Source: Tubiluchus corallicola (lineage: Eukaryota > Animalia > Priapulida). From it: 64,000 bases of DNA. Shown in pieces: positions 48,842 through 62,900 of the stretch (position 1 is its first letter; each line of letters begins with the position of its first letter). The notes under the pieces were generated by a model. That model did no database searches. It was not told the origin of the DNA and worked only from the letters and a program-made list of their open reading frames with translations. A program made the translations under genes and the position numbers. The DNA is taken from assembly GCA_030141605.1 (NCBI GenBank), contig JAQGDQ010000739.1:1-64000 (forward strand), read 5' to 3'.

Positions 48842-51800
48842 AATATATTTTATAGAAGTAAGTTAAAAACATAAAACAAGTTGCAAACAGGGAGCAAACA
48901 CGTGAGTTTTGTGTAAACTTCTAACAACTCTACTTTCCTTGTTACATTTGTGTGTTTTTCATCAAGGAATCTGAGAAAATAAAGAATAATTACTTAAAAA
49001 GTTACAATTAACAACCATAATAAGATTGTGAAAATATATTTTTATTGCGAAATTTAAATTTAAACTGAATACGGGACATTTGGGTGTCACTGAACGGTCA
49101 GTACTGGGCAGCGGACAAAATTATCAAATATGGGACATGTCCCATATATAAGGAACGTCTGACAAGGTGACAACACTGCCCTAATCTCGTGTAAGTGGTG
49201 ACTACAAAGTAAGGGTTGTTACAGACACAGATACTCGATTGAGCAAGCGCATACAACTTATTGTAAGAAGTCAGGTTGATAATTAGTTGGTTAGTTTAAG
49301 CAGTTTTATTACATTAGTGTGCGCTTTTTAGCTTTGGAATAAATGGTACGGGTTATGCCCTAGAAAAGACTGGTGCTAAACGTAATCTTAAACTACAAAG
49401 TGTGGACCCCTCCGTCTTGTGAAATTCTCTGAGTTTGCTAATGTTTCACCTGAGTTATTTCAAGCTTACTTAGCCCACGCATTGCTGATGATTTGATTTA
49501 GCTCAATGTCAGCTAAGCAGAGTATAATTTTCAAGTTTTTAATTAGGTTTAGTTTATTTTACTCGTGTAAGTTTTTTAGTTCGGATTAGTTTATTTTACT
49601 CGTGTAAGATTTTTAATTCGGTTGAGTTTATTTTACTCCGATGGTCCACCGTGGCGAATAGTGCGTGGCTTGGCGTTAAAGCAGTTCTTAAAGTTAACAG
49701 TGTTGTTCCTGTTGAGTAACTAGACGTGCGACCTTTATATTACATATGTGCAACATTATTCGCATTGAGAGGAGAAGAGAGGGTGTGTAGGTTTTGGCGC
49801 TGTTAGTTTTATTCATTTTCTAGAACCTCCCCAGAAGTATATAGCGCCAAGCAAATTTAAATTGTAACACCGTCACGGTGGACAGTACGTGCAGTGTGTG
49901 TGTAGCGTGAACAGCAACGTCAAATCTTCGTCTACAGTAGATTACTACTTATCTCCCCCCGGGGGGTGAGAATTCTACAACCGTTGAGCAGGTGAAAACG
50001 GCTCTGTGAAAACAACTTTCATTATTTCCTGTCCACTTATCATCAGCCTGTTGGTGGCGCTGAGAGCAGTTTTTCTAGTTTGCTTTTCGTGAGAAGAACG
50101 TTACTAGATTCTGTCTTCTGTGTTTTATCACACGTGATAATGTATTGTCGAATTTTAAGGTTAAAAATTAACAAATCTGTCTATCCATAAGGACGCAATC
50201 ATATATAGTTAAATATTTGCCTTTTCCCTGTTTAAAATTACCGAAAGAAGACCAGTAGCCACTCAATATATGGCCTCCAATCAATTATAATGCTATTTTA
50301 ATATACCACTATGTAAATTAAGCATACACTGTGGTCGTTTCTTCTCCTCTTTTCCTTCTTCCTATCCCTAATCTTACTATTTTTTTCCATTCCATCATGT
50401 CTACTAACCCCAACCATTCTTTCATTCACTCATTTGTGCCACCTTAACAAGCCAAGCTTTCAAGGTGTCATACAGCAACTCTTTTATTTGGTTATTTTCA
50501 CTTCATCAACGTTTTTTTTTACCTATACTGTTTCTTTTCGTTTCAATAATATTGTATGTTGATGTATTGTATATGTATTGCTGGAGTGAAATAAATTAAT
50601 TGAAGTCAGGAGCCGATGGAGGATTAAACATTGGAATAAACACGTAATTAATTTTTGGAAATTTTGGAACAAACCCTCACTAAATTTAGATAGAAAAGAT
50701 GAAAAGTTCATAACAATGGAGTGTAGTCAATAAACATGAAATTCAAATCATAAATATTATTGCCCTATAGTAATTACTAATTACTGTAGCACGTGGGTAA
50801 ACTGAACTGATACTTGGAAACGTACGATTTATGGTAATCTAAAAGGCTTGAATTAAAAAAAACCTGCTGTGATCATAAGCTGATAAGTTGCTGTGTGGTC
50901 TCGTGGTCATGGTAATGGTGTGTAATGCTATGGTCCTTAGTTCAAACCCAGGCTTTGTCACTTCTTTTTCATGTAAAATTATCTTCATTGAGAGGAGTTA
51001 CAGAAAACCGTTTATTTGTTTATCATGTTGTTTTAAAATTCTTAACAACAATCGGCTTATGTTTAAACAGCTTATATAATCAAAAACTGACAGGGCAGAA
51101 AAAATAATTCTTGTAAACTTAGTTCGCGCTAACAGTATATTGCTTTGTGAGAGAACTTTGAATTGACCTATTTTGTAGATTTGTTTCTTTAAAATTTATT
51201 AATTTTGAGAGTGAAATCAAAATTTTCGTTGTAAGAATATTTATCTTTTTACACTCGCTGGAATTTGGTACATCGACTGTGCCTCCTTGTTGCACGTTTA
51301 TAGGTTTTCAAAATCCGCCCACTTTTGTATAAAAGAATATCGTTATTGCGGCTCAGTGGCGGTGTAGGGAATCTCGTTATTTCCGCCACCAGTTCAACAG
51401 TTTTCTGTAAATCCAAATATTTGTCCAGGTATTTCCTGCTGTATATCTCGTGTGTTTAATTGACTGTATTTGCTCAATATTTCGCTGCGCGGATTCAGAA
51501 AATAGGCTTAGTAGCGGCGGCTCTGTTCAAGTTTGAACCAAAGAATGTTTTTTGTTGAAAACTCTTCTGATATGAGGAGGCGTTCTGTTGAATGTAATAC
51601 CGCACATTTCTTCTTGTTCATTAAAAATTAAACAGAAATCGCAATTAATCGTAAATTCTGTTTGCAGAAGATTCTCAGAGTTTTTACGTTGTGCATAATT
51701 GCAATACTCTATTCCTCATTGTAGTTCCTACACAGTTAACCGTACAATCATTTGCAAAAGTTTAAGACCAAAGTGATTTTTTCATGAAAATTGACAAAAC

Positions 51801-52892
51801 CATCGTTTAACAGGGTTCCATCTAAAAACTATTCATTTATTCTTCTAGAAAAATATACTACAGTATAGTTTGTATGTTTTTACTCAAAAATAGTCACAGT
51901 CCTTGAACTTTTTAGTACTTTGTATGGCCGCCGAAGTTGCCAATCACTGCCTTCATTCTAAGAGGCATACTGGAAATTAGGTTTTAGCAGTACTTGGAAG
52001 TAATTTCTTTAACCCAAACGTCCTTGATAACTCTTCGCAAGTCTTCAGCACTTGATGGCTGCCTGTCAGCCACCTTATCCTTCAGTATCTCCCAGAGATT
52101 CTCTATCGGATTGGGGTCCTGGCTGTATAAGACAGAGTGGTCAGAAGGCGTTTGTGGTGTGCTAGGAAATTTCCTGGATTGTTCTCTAACTGTTTGTGAT
52201 GTGTTAGTTACTTTTTGAAATTAATGTTCTGTAGTTTCCCTGCTATTACCCGGTCGGTTTTGTACGTTCTTGCTATTGTTATTTTATTACCTTGTGTACA
52301 GAGCATTGCGTTGTGCAAGATGTGGTCAATTATTACACGTTGCGCGAATTTTTTTCATTGGCGGCTGTTTGTACAGCTATATCTAGTAGGCCAAAAATAA
52401 ATGTTTATATGAAGTGGAAATTTTAAGTTTAATAATTAACATGCTGCACTTCACACTCGTAGAATAAAAGCTTGAATGCGTCTAGTATAAGGCAAGCTAC
52501 AGCGCTGTACGAACCTGGCGGCATTATCAAACGATTAATGCAGGAAAAATTATTTTCGCCCTTTTTTCTCTGTAAATTGAACTTTATGACTTTATTGGGT
52601 TTAATGCTCCATGCAGTATGAGACTGGTTTTATCTAATAGAGCCTGTATAGGATCGAGTTACAGTCGTTGACTGGGGAGTGAGGACCTACCACCACCTCC
52701 TGCTTGATGTATGAAGCATTGTCTTGGGGCTGTTGACCTGCCATTATTGCTAAACCCTTTGTTGTAAAGCTACTGTTTATTTTTTATTTTTCCGCAATGT
52801 TACTTCTCACTCTAGGTAAGGTTGGTGGTGTTTCTGGTGTAATTGTGGCAGAGTTGTTGTTGTTGCTGCTGCTGCTGTTGTTGTTGTTGTTG

Positions 52893-52937
<45 letters not shown>

Positions 52938-52941
52938 TTGT

Positions 52942-53002
<61 letters not shown>

Positions 53003-53090
53003 GCTGCTGCTGCTGCTGCTGTTGTTGTTGTTGTTGCAGTTGCGCTGTTGCTGTTGTTGGTGTTGCTGCTGTTGTTGTTGTTCTTGCTGC

Positions 53091-53122
<32 letters not shown>

Positions 53123-53901
53123 TTGTTACTGTTGCTGCTGTTGCGCTGTTGCTGTTGTTGGTGTTGTTGCTACTGCAGCAGCAGTAGTAGCCGATGTCTC
53201 ATCTTAGACCAGTCACCAACAGCTGTTTAGTTTCTTTTCTGTGCTTTATCTCATTTTGTGAGATTATCTATATTAGTTAGTTAAAATACCAGTCCCGCCA
53301 CAAGCATATACATTAAATATTATTGGATCCTGGGTTGTTCCAGAATGTCGGCCGCTGAAATAAATTTAATGAAAATTGACTACAGTAGCAGCTTTTAAAA
53401 TGTTTCGTGCAAACTTTCGGGGACTCGACGAGAAAATACAACTCGTCTAGATTGTCTGGTATGCGAAGAATAATTTGAACCAGAGAGTGTAAATCTCTTG
53501 CAAAATTTCTGACGATAAACCAGCAAAATTGCAAAATTTTATTGAAGCGAATTGTTAATTTAAGTTTTTCAGTGATGGGCGAAATCATTTACGAAATGTA
53601 TTTAACCAGGTTTACCAGTTTGGCGCATATATTTGATAAAAATGCTAACATGATTTTTATTAAAAGTTGAAGCTTATGAGTGAATCGTCGACATTTGACA
53701 AGCACTAAACGTATAAGTTACATGTTCAGTTCCCGGACTGGAGAATTATTTATCGCACTAGCAAAACTATCTATTTCAAGTAGAATTAAAATGTGAATAT
53801 ATGTAATAGTAATAGAAAATTTCATTTATCCATCATAGTATAACTCTTAATTCCTGCATTAAGGGGGGAGGGAGAGAGAGAGAGAGGGGGAGAAAGAGAG
53901 A

Positions 53902-53988
<87 letters not shown>

Positions 53989-56900
53989 ACAGATAGACCA
54001 TTCAAAGCCTGTAACCATTAGATTCCGGAAAACATTCTTTGTATAGAACAATAGCAACTAAAGTTTGAGCACTTGAAAACGCACTTCTAAAGCAGGTCCA
54101 GCATTATAACGATCAGCAGTAAATGCTCATGGGATAATTTGACGGTAAATTGCACTAAACTCTGATTGGACAGTATTGATTTGAAAATTTCATCTTGCAG
54201 ATCATCAGAACTACTTTGGTATTGAGGAGAATGTGGGACCAGTTGCTGTTAGCATACGCCGAGAAAGACTTGCCAATAGTCCGCAATTTATACACAGGAT
54301 TATAGTCAGGACCAGTGAGGTAACACTGTTTGGCTTTTTGTATTTAATGAACCTGTGTATCCACTAGCTGTAAGCATCGTTAGGTCTAGTTAGTAAAAGG
54401 ATGGTTAACGATTTTTCATGGGGGCAGTCAGCGTTTCTATGGCCAGCACATTTGCGTGTACAATTTTGTTAAAATACACGTTATCATTTAGTTAAATTAT
54501 TATTTAAAGATAGTCACGTGTGTCTCTTCTTTCCCATTGTTGAATATTATTTTGTTATAAACTGACACATTCGTATAAGAATTCAATTTTCATTCGTCTT
54601 AAATGCAAAATCTGATAATTTTTAATTACCTGATACATGAGCATTAACTAATTAATTATATTAGTAACAATTCTGAGAGGGTGGCTGACCTCGATAACTT
54701 ATAGTTCTTTCGCCACCCTTTCACCACTAATCAATAATTACTTTTGCACTTTGTAATATTATTGTTAGTTGTACAGATTTATAAATCTCTTAGTTATGTA
54801 TTTTGCTATTTTAAAAATGGTGATAAACTAATAAACTTACTTACTTACTTACATTTTACATGTTCGAATGCATCAGAAATTGGGTAACTTATCTATTTTT
54901 TGTTTTTGTTTTTTGTAAAAGCAAATGGTAAACTTGATGAACTTTTATATTCTAGTAATAGTATTATTTCATTAACTGATTCCGCCACAGGTGAAATTCG
55001 GGGGCTGATTAACAAACGTATTGTATGCGCAGAGCAGTTATATAACATCGAAATAGGTGATCGCTCGGTGAAAATCTAGGGGGGACCTGGATTACAATAG
55101 AGTGCTTTCCTCACTCTTTACTTTTGTATTTTGTAATCCGCACAAGGTTAAAAAACAAAATGTTTGTTAATTATCCAGTGCAGGAACTTCATTATGTCTT
55201 TAGTTTGTTAAGGCAGGCTGACACTGTTGTTTTGTTTCATCTCATGCATTGTAGCAATATTTTTGTATCTAGTCTAAGAGTTGAACATTGTTTGCTAAGG
55301 AAATCAGCCAACTTGTGTAAACAGTGCACCACTAATGTGTTTAGATCTGCAATAATGACGTTCTTTATAATGTAGGCTATTTCCGGAATTAAAAGATGCA
55401 CTTTGTTGCCATTTAAGTGCATCGCACAAGTTTTTATTGTATTTTTGTGTAATTGGTGTCGCTTGGGGTGTTTACGTTTGTCCAAAGCTGCTTAACTCAC
55501 CTGCTTAATTGCAAGGTAATTAAGCCTCCTTTAAATAGTTATGAAGCACCGAGTTTGCACAACCGATTTGAACTGTAGTACGAGTCATAGTAACAGTTAC
55601 TACATAAGCATGTATTGTGACGTCATTATAAATGCATTATGGCGTCATTGGATATAGTACGATCAGTACAGCAACTGTTGCACACACGAACGTCAATGTT
55701 TTGCACTATGATTATGTATTACAAACATGTATTGTGACGTCATTACCCCTTGTGTGATGTTCAGTTGCAGAACCTTGAAGCTAAATGTGATAGTATCGAT
55801 CAGTATAAAAATAGGTGTGATATAATTAGCCAGCCATGTAATACTTGGAGCCTTGGGCATGTTACTTATGTAAAATATGTAAAGTCAACATACGTGTCTC
55901 GTACATGTTATTGGCTTATTGCAAATACTGGTTGAAATACGTTAACAATAATTTGAATAATTTCTTTCTAAACTACTCAATGGGCAATATATGAAATATG
56001 TGTTATAGAGTTGGACACTTCTACACATATTCACGTTGAATGTAATTTAAAATGCATTCAAATTTAATCTGTCTTTGATATGGGACAATATCGTGTTGTC
56101 CTTGGGGCGTGAAAATTTGTGATGTCCGAGGCGATCAATGTGGCATTATGGGTTTTTCATTTTTTACGCTAGTACATGCCGACTTTAAGAAGATTGTCAA
56201 TAGTCGTGCGTTTCAACAGAGGAAGTGTCAACACATTGTCACAGGGCTGTAATTTGGCTTTTTAAGTAAAGGGACATTGACCTACTGAGGAAATTTCTGT
56301 TCTTAGTCTTTACAAGAAACTAGAAAGTGCATGTATATAAACACTGCTTAATGAGTGTTGTAAAAACACCTAGTTTTTTGAAGATGCATTCTAATTACTT
56401 TACATAGTTTAATTATTAAAGAATAGTGTTTTAATTTAGAACATTTCTGGTGTTAAATTCGTATTTTTATTTACACGTTAGAGGCAATGATTAGAAAAAT
56501 TGTATTAGTGTACTTTCGATTTTTACATTATGTTGCTGACTCAGCTTCTTACATTATGTGCTGCCATTATTAAGTGAAATATGTTAGAAATGTGCACCCC
56601 CGGGGCGAATGAGAAACATTCTTTTATTCACTGGTTTTGGTAGCTACTGACAGTGAAATGATCTTGAAAATTTTTATGTGTGGAAAGAATTTTTTCTCAA
56701 AAATTGAATTGGAAAACTCAAACTTGTCAAACTGGATTAAAACCGAGAATTTAAGCAGCTCTCTGCTTTGTCTTCCTGAATAGACAAAATGTAAATTATG
56801 TAAAAAAATTCTATGGTAGCTGGTTTTATATCACTGTGACTTCTCTATGCAAAAGTTTAGCTAAATTGGCCAAGATGATCTTCAATGGTTGTTTTTGCAA

Positions 56901-59900
56901 AATGATTTGTGAAAAGGTCATTTGCATGTATTCACCTTTGATTGAACTAATGTTTTTCCAGGGTGTGAAAAAAATTGTATGAAAAAATATATGTACAAAT
57001 TACAAATAAATATATTTTGTATAAATAAATATAAAAATAAAAGATTTTAAGATAAGTTGTTCGATTTATGTCAAATAAATAACAAAGTTATTTAGGCAAC
57101 CCACCTGTGTCTCATAAATTTTGTCAACTCAGCCACGATTAAACTCACCTGGGTAAACTTACCTGAGTAAACTTACCTGGGTGGTTTCATTAAAATGTTA
57201 GGTGATGTTCTTCTCTCTATAAACTTATTCATTGTGATATTATATGTACATAATACATATGTATGAACATAGTGTATTGTAAAGCTGTTGTTATTCTATA
57301 ATTAGAATTTAATGAGATTATTTGGTATTCTGTAAGCGCGCTGCATATGTATGCTAAGCACAACTTCTACTACCACTTAACCGGTTTTTTTCTATTTGTG
57401 GAGAAAGTACAACGTGGTTTATGTAAGGGACGTTCACCCTTGAAAACTTATATAAAATATGATTATAATTGTGTACTTGAAATTGCGTCTGTTGAGATAA
57501 TCACGTGGTCGCAGAATGAAATTTACACTCTTTGTGCTTGTATGAAGCTGGCTTTATTTTGGTCAGGTAGCTACTTATTTTCAACACATATTCAAATTAT
57601 TTGTAAAAAGGTGGCTTTTCTAATGTTGTTGCTGTCCTAAACAAGTTTTACGTCTCTCCTGGCAGGGGTCTTTGTAGTAATAATAATAATAATAATAATA
57701 ATATTTTTATTTATCTTGTAACACACGCACAGTTATAATACAATTAATTTGGAAACAAAAATGTGAAGAAAGGGCAGCGAAAGACCAATTGGTCATCTAG
57801 TCAGCTGCCCTTTGGTTAGTGATGAACATTTTTATAAGCGCTTTGCTACAGCGTATTACTGTTAGTACTGCTTATAATAAAGATTTAATTGTTAAGAATG
57901 ACATTAAATTGATGTGCTTATAACGTGTTAGTACAATTCATACACAGTGATAATAAGTGCATAATAAAAAAAAGTCAAACTGAAATGAAACTGAACTGAA
58001 ACAAGTTTTACGTCTCTCCTGACAGGGGTCTCTGTAGTGATACATGTGTCCTGCCTTTGAGGTTTTTGTGCACGATGTAAACAACAATTCCTGAAGAACA
58101 ACAGAAGTAATTAAGTAAGGTATTACCCAGCCTTTCCCTAGCTGTTATAATAAACAATTCAGTAGGGTTTTGGGTAAGTTCTTGGGTTCAAGTCGTTAGT
58201 TTTAAGTCTGCAATTCCAAAAATATCGTTCAAACCCAAATCTCAAGTCACTCGGCCTTTTTTCTAATCTCGTTTTTTAAGTTTGAACATGTTGTTACTGT
58301 CCAAAACAAACTTTAGGTCTCTCCTGACATGGGTCTTTGTAGCAGTGTAGTATATGTAGTACACTACTACAAAGTGTAGTGTATGTAGCATCAGTAGATT
58401 TGTTTGTTTATTGTTGATTGTGAGCTCAGTTGATAATAGTAAACAAGTGAATATGTAAATGGTAAACACGTAAACAGTACACGAAAGCAAAATGGTGACA
58501 AATTAATTGCATGCAAAAGCCAAGAGAAATGAAAATTTTTACGAAAGTGAGTGAAAAAATAATTACATTTAATAAACAGTATTTTCACTGTTTATTTGCA
58601 AAAAATGATATGAAACACAATTTTGACCAGACGATCTAAACATCTTTCCTCCTTAGATGTGGTCTAAGTTGTCCTGATAACCCTTATTGCCAAATAACTG
58701 AAATTTATTGATTTTTCAATATTTAATTTATGTTAATTAACATAGTTAGTTTGTGTTATTGCTTAAAGCAAAAGTGACAAACTTTGCACAATTACAGATT
58801 AACAAGCGATATATTTTGAGTTTGAGTTGTTGGTGTAAGTTGAGTCATGATGTGACTGACTCTGGGGTTGGTTCTTGTGGGTTAACAGTTCTGAGATTTT
58901 GATCTAATTCCTCATCCAGTTTTTGGCAAGCTGAACCTTGCTTAACTGGCAACTAGTGTTTTAGTTGTTAAAGCAGTTTTTGCTCAAAAACTCATTGTGT
59001 TTCATTACCACCATATAAACGTTTATTGTTTGCCCTGTTTTGTGTTAGCTAGGTTAATCATTTTTACTACAGTCGTTGCTCGTTAGCAGTGATAAATTGC
59101 TACAAACATCAATAAGTTTTGCCGTTAGCGAGGTTTATTGTGTTTAGTCTCCTCTTCTCAAGAGATGAGTAATTCTTCTCTTATTCTAGCTTTCAGCATT
59201 GCGAGGCACGATCGTCGAAGAATCCATTCCGTCCACTACGAAGCCGAGCGGAAATCGCCCGGTTCCGGTCAAAGATGTCCTGGAATACGTTGTTCCAGAT
59301 TTGCAGACGTGCTGCCTCAAGCTGGGCGTGAACGGTCCTCAGACGTCCGAGCAGTTGGTCAAGCTGGACGAGCAAGTCGTAAGTGATTAGTCGGTCGAGT
59401 TGGATGAGCAATGTCGAAAGCGTGCGTGTGTCATATGATGGCAAATATCCGCGGAATTAGGGATGTGGAAATTCTTCTCACAACAACCTGTGAAGAGCTG
59501 TACTCTTATTTGTTCGTTAACTATATCATCTTTGATACATTTATAGTTGACGTACTTAGATGTACTTAGAATTGACGTACTTAGATGTACTTAGAATTTA
59601 GCTTATGAAAGTAAGTGGTAGCAAGGTAATTATATACTAAACGAGAAATGGAAAACCTGCAAGAGAATAAGTACATTTTGTACTGTGTAAGTCCTTGGTT
59701 TTGGCCCTCCGAAACGGGGAGCTAGTATTTGTGCTGTACTTTGAGCTACCCGCCTGTAGAACTTCTTGGAAAACTACAGCTTTGGAAAAAGGTTTGGAAG
59801 ATTTGGAAGTTTTCAAGTACAGTCAAGTTCAAATTCCTAGCGCAAATTAAGAAAATATATTTGAAATTCCTATCCTACGTCCTTCAAACATATTTGCTTT

Positions 59901-62900
59901 CAAACTTACAAACATACTTACAAACTCAGCATTACAAACTCAACTTTCTTTTGCGACACAATGCATCCTTATTGCAATAGATTGTAGAGTTTTTGTCATT
60001 AGTTTTTATATGCCTCAGTGCTCATTAGCGTGCGTATTTATATTACTAATGCAGTCTTTCCACTTTTGCGAGATAGAAAGTATCTGCTCGGAACTGCCAA
60101 ATTCGGACTACAGTCAATTTAAGTCGTTTTGTGAACAAAATTTGTTGCCATGACAACGGTTCATTTGTTCGTGTTTACAAGTCTACCTGAACAAACAGTG
60201 TGCCTGTCAAAACTGCGATAGTGATTAATGAACGTGATCACTTTTATTTGAACAAATATGACAGATTCAAACTAGGGCAGTCGGTGCAAGAGGGCGCCGC
60301 GGTAAAGTCGGGCGGATTAAATTATTTGAATCTGTAATGTGGACGTTTTTTGCCTTTATTTATCTTACTAATTGTAAAAACTTTCCGTGCCCGGAGTGAA
60401 ATCCATGAGATGTGGCGCACAGTGTTTGCTTTGCAAGTAAACTCTTGAAATTACACGTTTAATATGTTATCCAAATAGATGGCAGATGCCCTGCTTCGGG
60501 AAAGCAAATGATACAATCTATAGTGTAGCCATCTGGTGGCAGGATGGTGCGTTATTGTAGCATTTTGAGAATTCATACCCAGTTAGCATGGTTATAGTAG
60601 TAACCAAGTGCTTCTGTATCTACCTTTGTCTTATGTGAAAATTACTGATCAGATAGCGTGTATACTCATGACGTGTATTTTGGCGACTGAAGCTAAGTGA
60701 TGCCAAGGTTGGTCAGTGAATGGATGGGTAGCTGAATATTTGCTCTGTTTTTTGTTCACCATGTTGATACTAGCCAGTTGACTCATTGAGGGGAAAGGAT
60801 TTGTGTATTCTTGTTAGACTGTGGCCGAGACGCCTCTGATGATCTAGTAGCTCATCTTAGAGGATTGTCTAGATGCTAGTCTTGCCACAACCATCTACAA
60901 TAACTAGGGCAGTCAGTAAGTGCTTTGACAAAATCTATAAAAAGCAGTCTGTCTGCAACTCTGCAGCTTTTTGTTCCTCAGTTATCTATAATTTTCATAT
61001 ACTGCCCCCTGGTGAGCTGAAAAGAAACAACACGGACCTGTTTTTCATCTAAAGGGTTAGACTGGCGTCTAATACATTGATTTAAGTGAGCTTAAAGCTA
61101 GCGATGATGTGAGTGAGACGGAATGAATGGCATTCATAGCAGATGTATTGTACAAACACACACAGACCGGGGTTTGTTTATTTTTGCTAAAATTGCGTTT
61201 CGGATATTCTATCCCGACTGGGAAAATCACAAAACAAAGTTCACCGCGCCCCGGTCTGCAACGTTTCACTCGTCAAAACAGTTTCCGTTTGTTATCATTT
61301 TCTTTTTCTTTTTCTGCCCTGTAGATGACACCGCATTACAAGATCGGGATCATGTACTGCAAGGCGGGACAGTCAACGGAGGAGGAAATGTACAACAATG
61401 GTAAGGGTCGTTTCTCGTCTCCACTTAACGAGATTGTTGTTGCTTTTCTAGGTAAAGGGTTATCAACTGACCAAATAAACTACCGCGTTTGCTTGGCTTG
61501 CATCGTGTTTCACTCTGTACAAATAATTACACAGATTTTGTATCGTTTGACTCAAAAGGGCAGCCAGTCATTACTGGTTGCTGTGGTTTATGGATTATGG
61601 TTTATGGTTTAGAAGTGCCAGATATATTTATGTTAAACTTGATCTTATTTATTTTGATGTGATTCATAGAAAATGTGAATGCAGTTTATATGTCAGGCTG
61701 AATAAGAGTGAAAATTTTATATGCAAGAGCATTTTAAACAGTGATGTAAACTTTACTTTTGAAATTAGATGTCAGTGGCATATTATTATACTTGTGTTAT
61801 TATTATTATTAACTTTGTCATATTATTAATTGTTTGTTTTATTGTCATGAGGCATAATTTATTGTATTTTTTGTAGTAACTTGCGATGTAAGTTTGAAAT
61901 AAAATATCAAATCAAATGAAATTATGGTGGTTTTGGCTGAACAGTCTAGAAATTTTTATTGCAGTGTCCCCGACGGCTTGAATTTTAATGTTCTTCCATG
62001 ATGAAGTGTGGCTTGATAACAAATAGTGTGTTGTATTGTGTATGAAATCAATCACAGAACTGAACAAATTGTGCATAATGTAGGTTATTCCTGCATCCAT
62101 TAATTTTGTTTCAAAATAATCATTATAGCAAATCAGTTGATTGATAATGTGCATGTAAATTTGTCATGTCAAAACACGTCATTATTTCTGCATTACTAGC
62201 GTCATTTGCATGCTTGTGGAGATGACGAAAATTTTCAGTTTTCTGTCTGTTCATTCTCTCGGGAGTTCTAACGACAATTTTCTTTCTATAAAGGTTTTTG
62301 TGTCTCCGAAATTCGCGAAGGAAAATGCTGCAGCGAGCACGAACGTGTTACGGTAAATCGTTTATTGTTTTGCAGAGCAAGCCGGACCTGCTTTTGAAGA
62401 ATTTCTCAATTTAATCGGGACCAAAATCAAGTTGAAGGGTTTTGAAAAGTACAAAGGCGGTTTAGACAGTAAAAGTACGTCAAGACTATCTGTCAATTAT
62501 TTTGATATGTGTGTATTTGCTTATGTGCATTGCGCTGAACGTTAATTAAACGTAACACCTGTTGCAAATTAGATTGTGTATGTAGTAAGCTGAGTCAGCA
62601 ACAAGGATGTTACTGAAACTGAAATTACAAACCAAAATTTATGAAACACAGGGAACCGATACCCGAAACGAAACCGAATTGAAATCATTTTTGCAACACT
62701 AACTACTGTCAAAACTGAAATAAATCAAGCGCTTTGTTGTTACTCGGTTGCTCATATTTTACTCTGATATATGCTTGTTGAAGTAGCTAGGCAGAAAATC
62801 CCAACCAAAACAGTAGCACAATGTTAATGCTTAAAGATCAGGAAGTTTAAAAAAATTGACACTTATTTTGTAACTGTAACTATATATAGAATATATAACT

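Noticed and set aside
50888-50955. tRNA gene
   Set aside because: A/B-box-like motifs only, with no proper cloverleaf; better explained as a repeat fragment
52797-53230. Poly-Leu and poly-Cys ORFs
   Set aside because: Translations of a trinucleotide microsatellite
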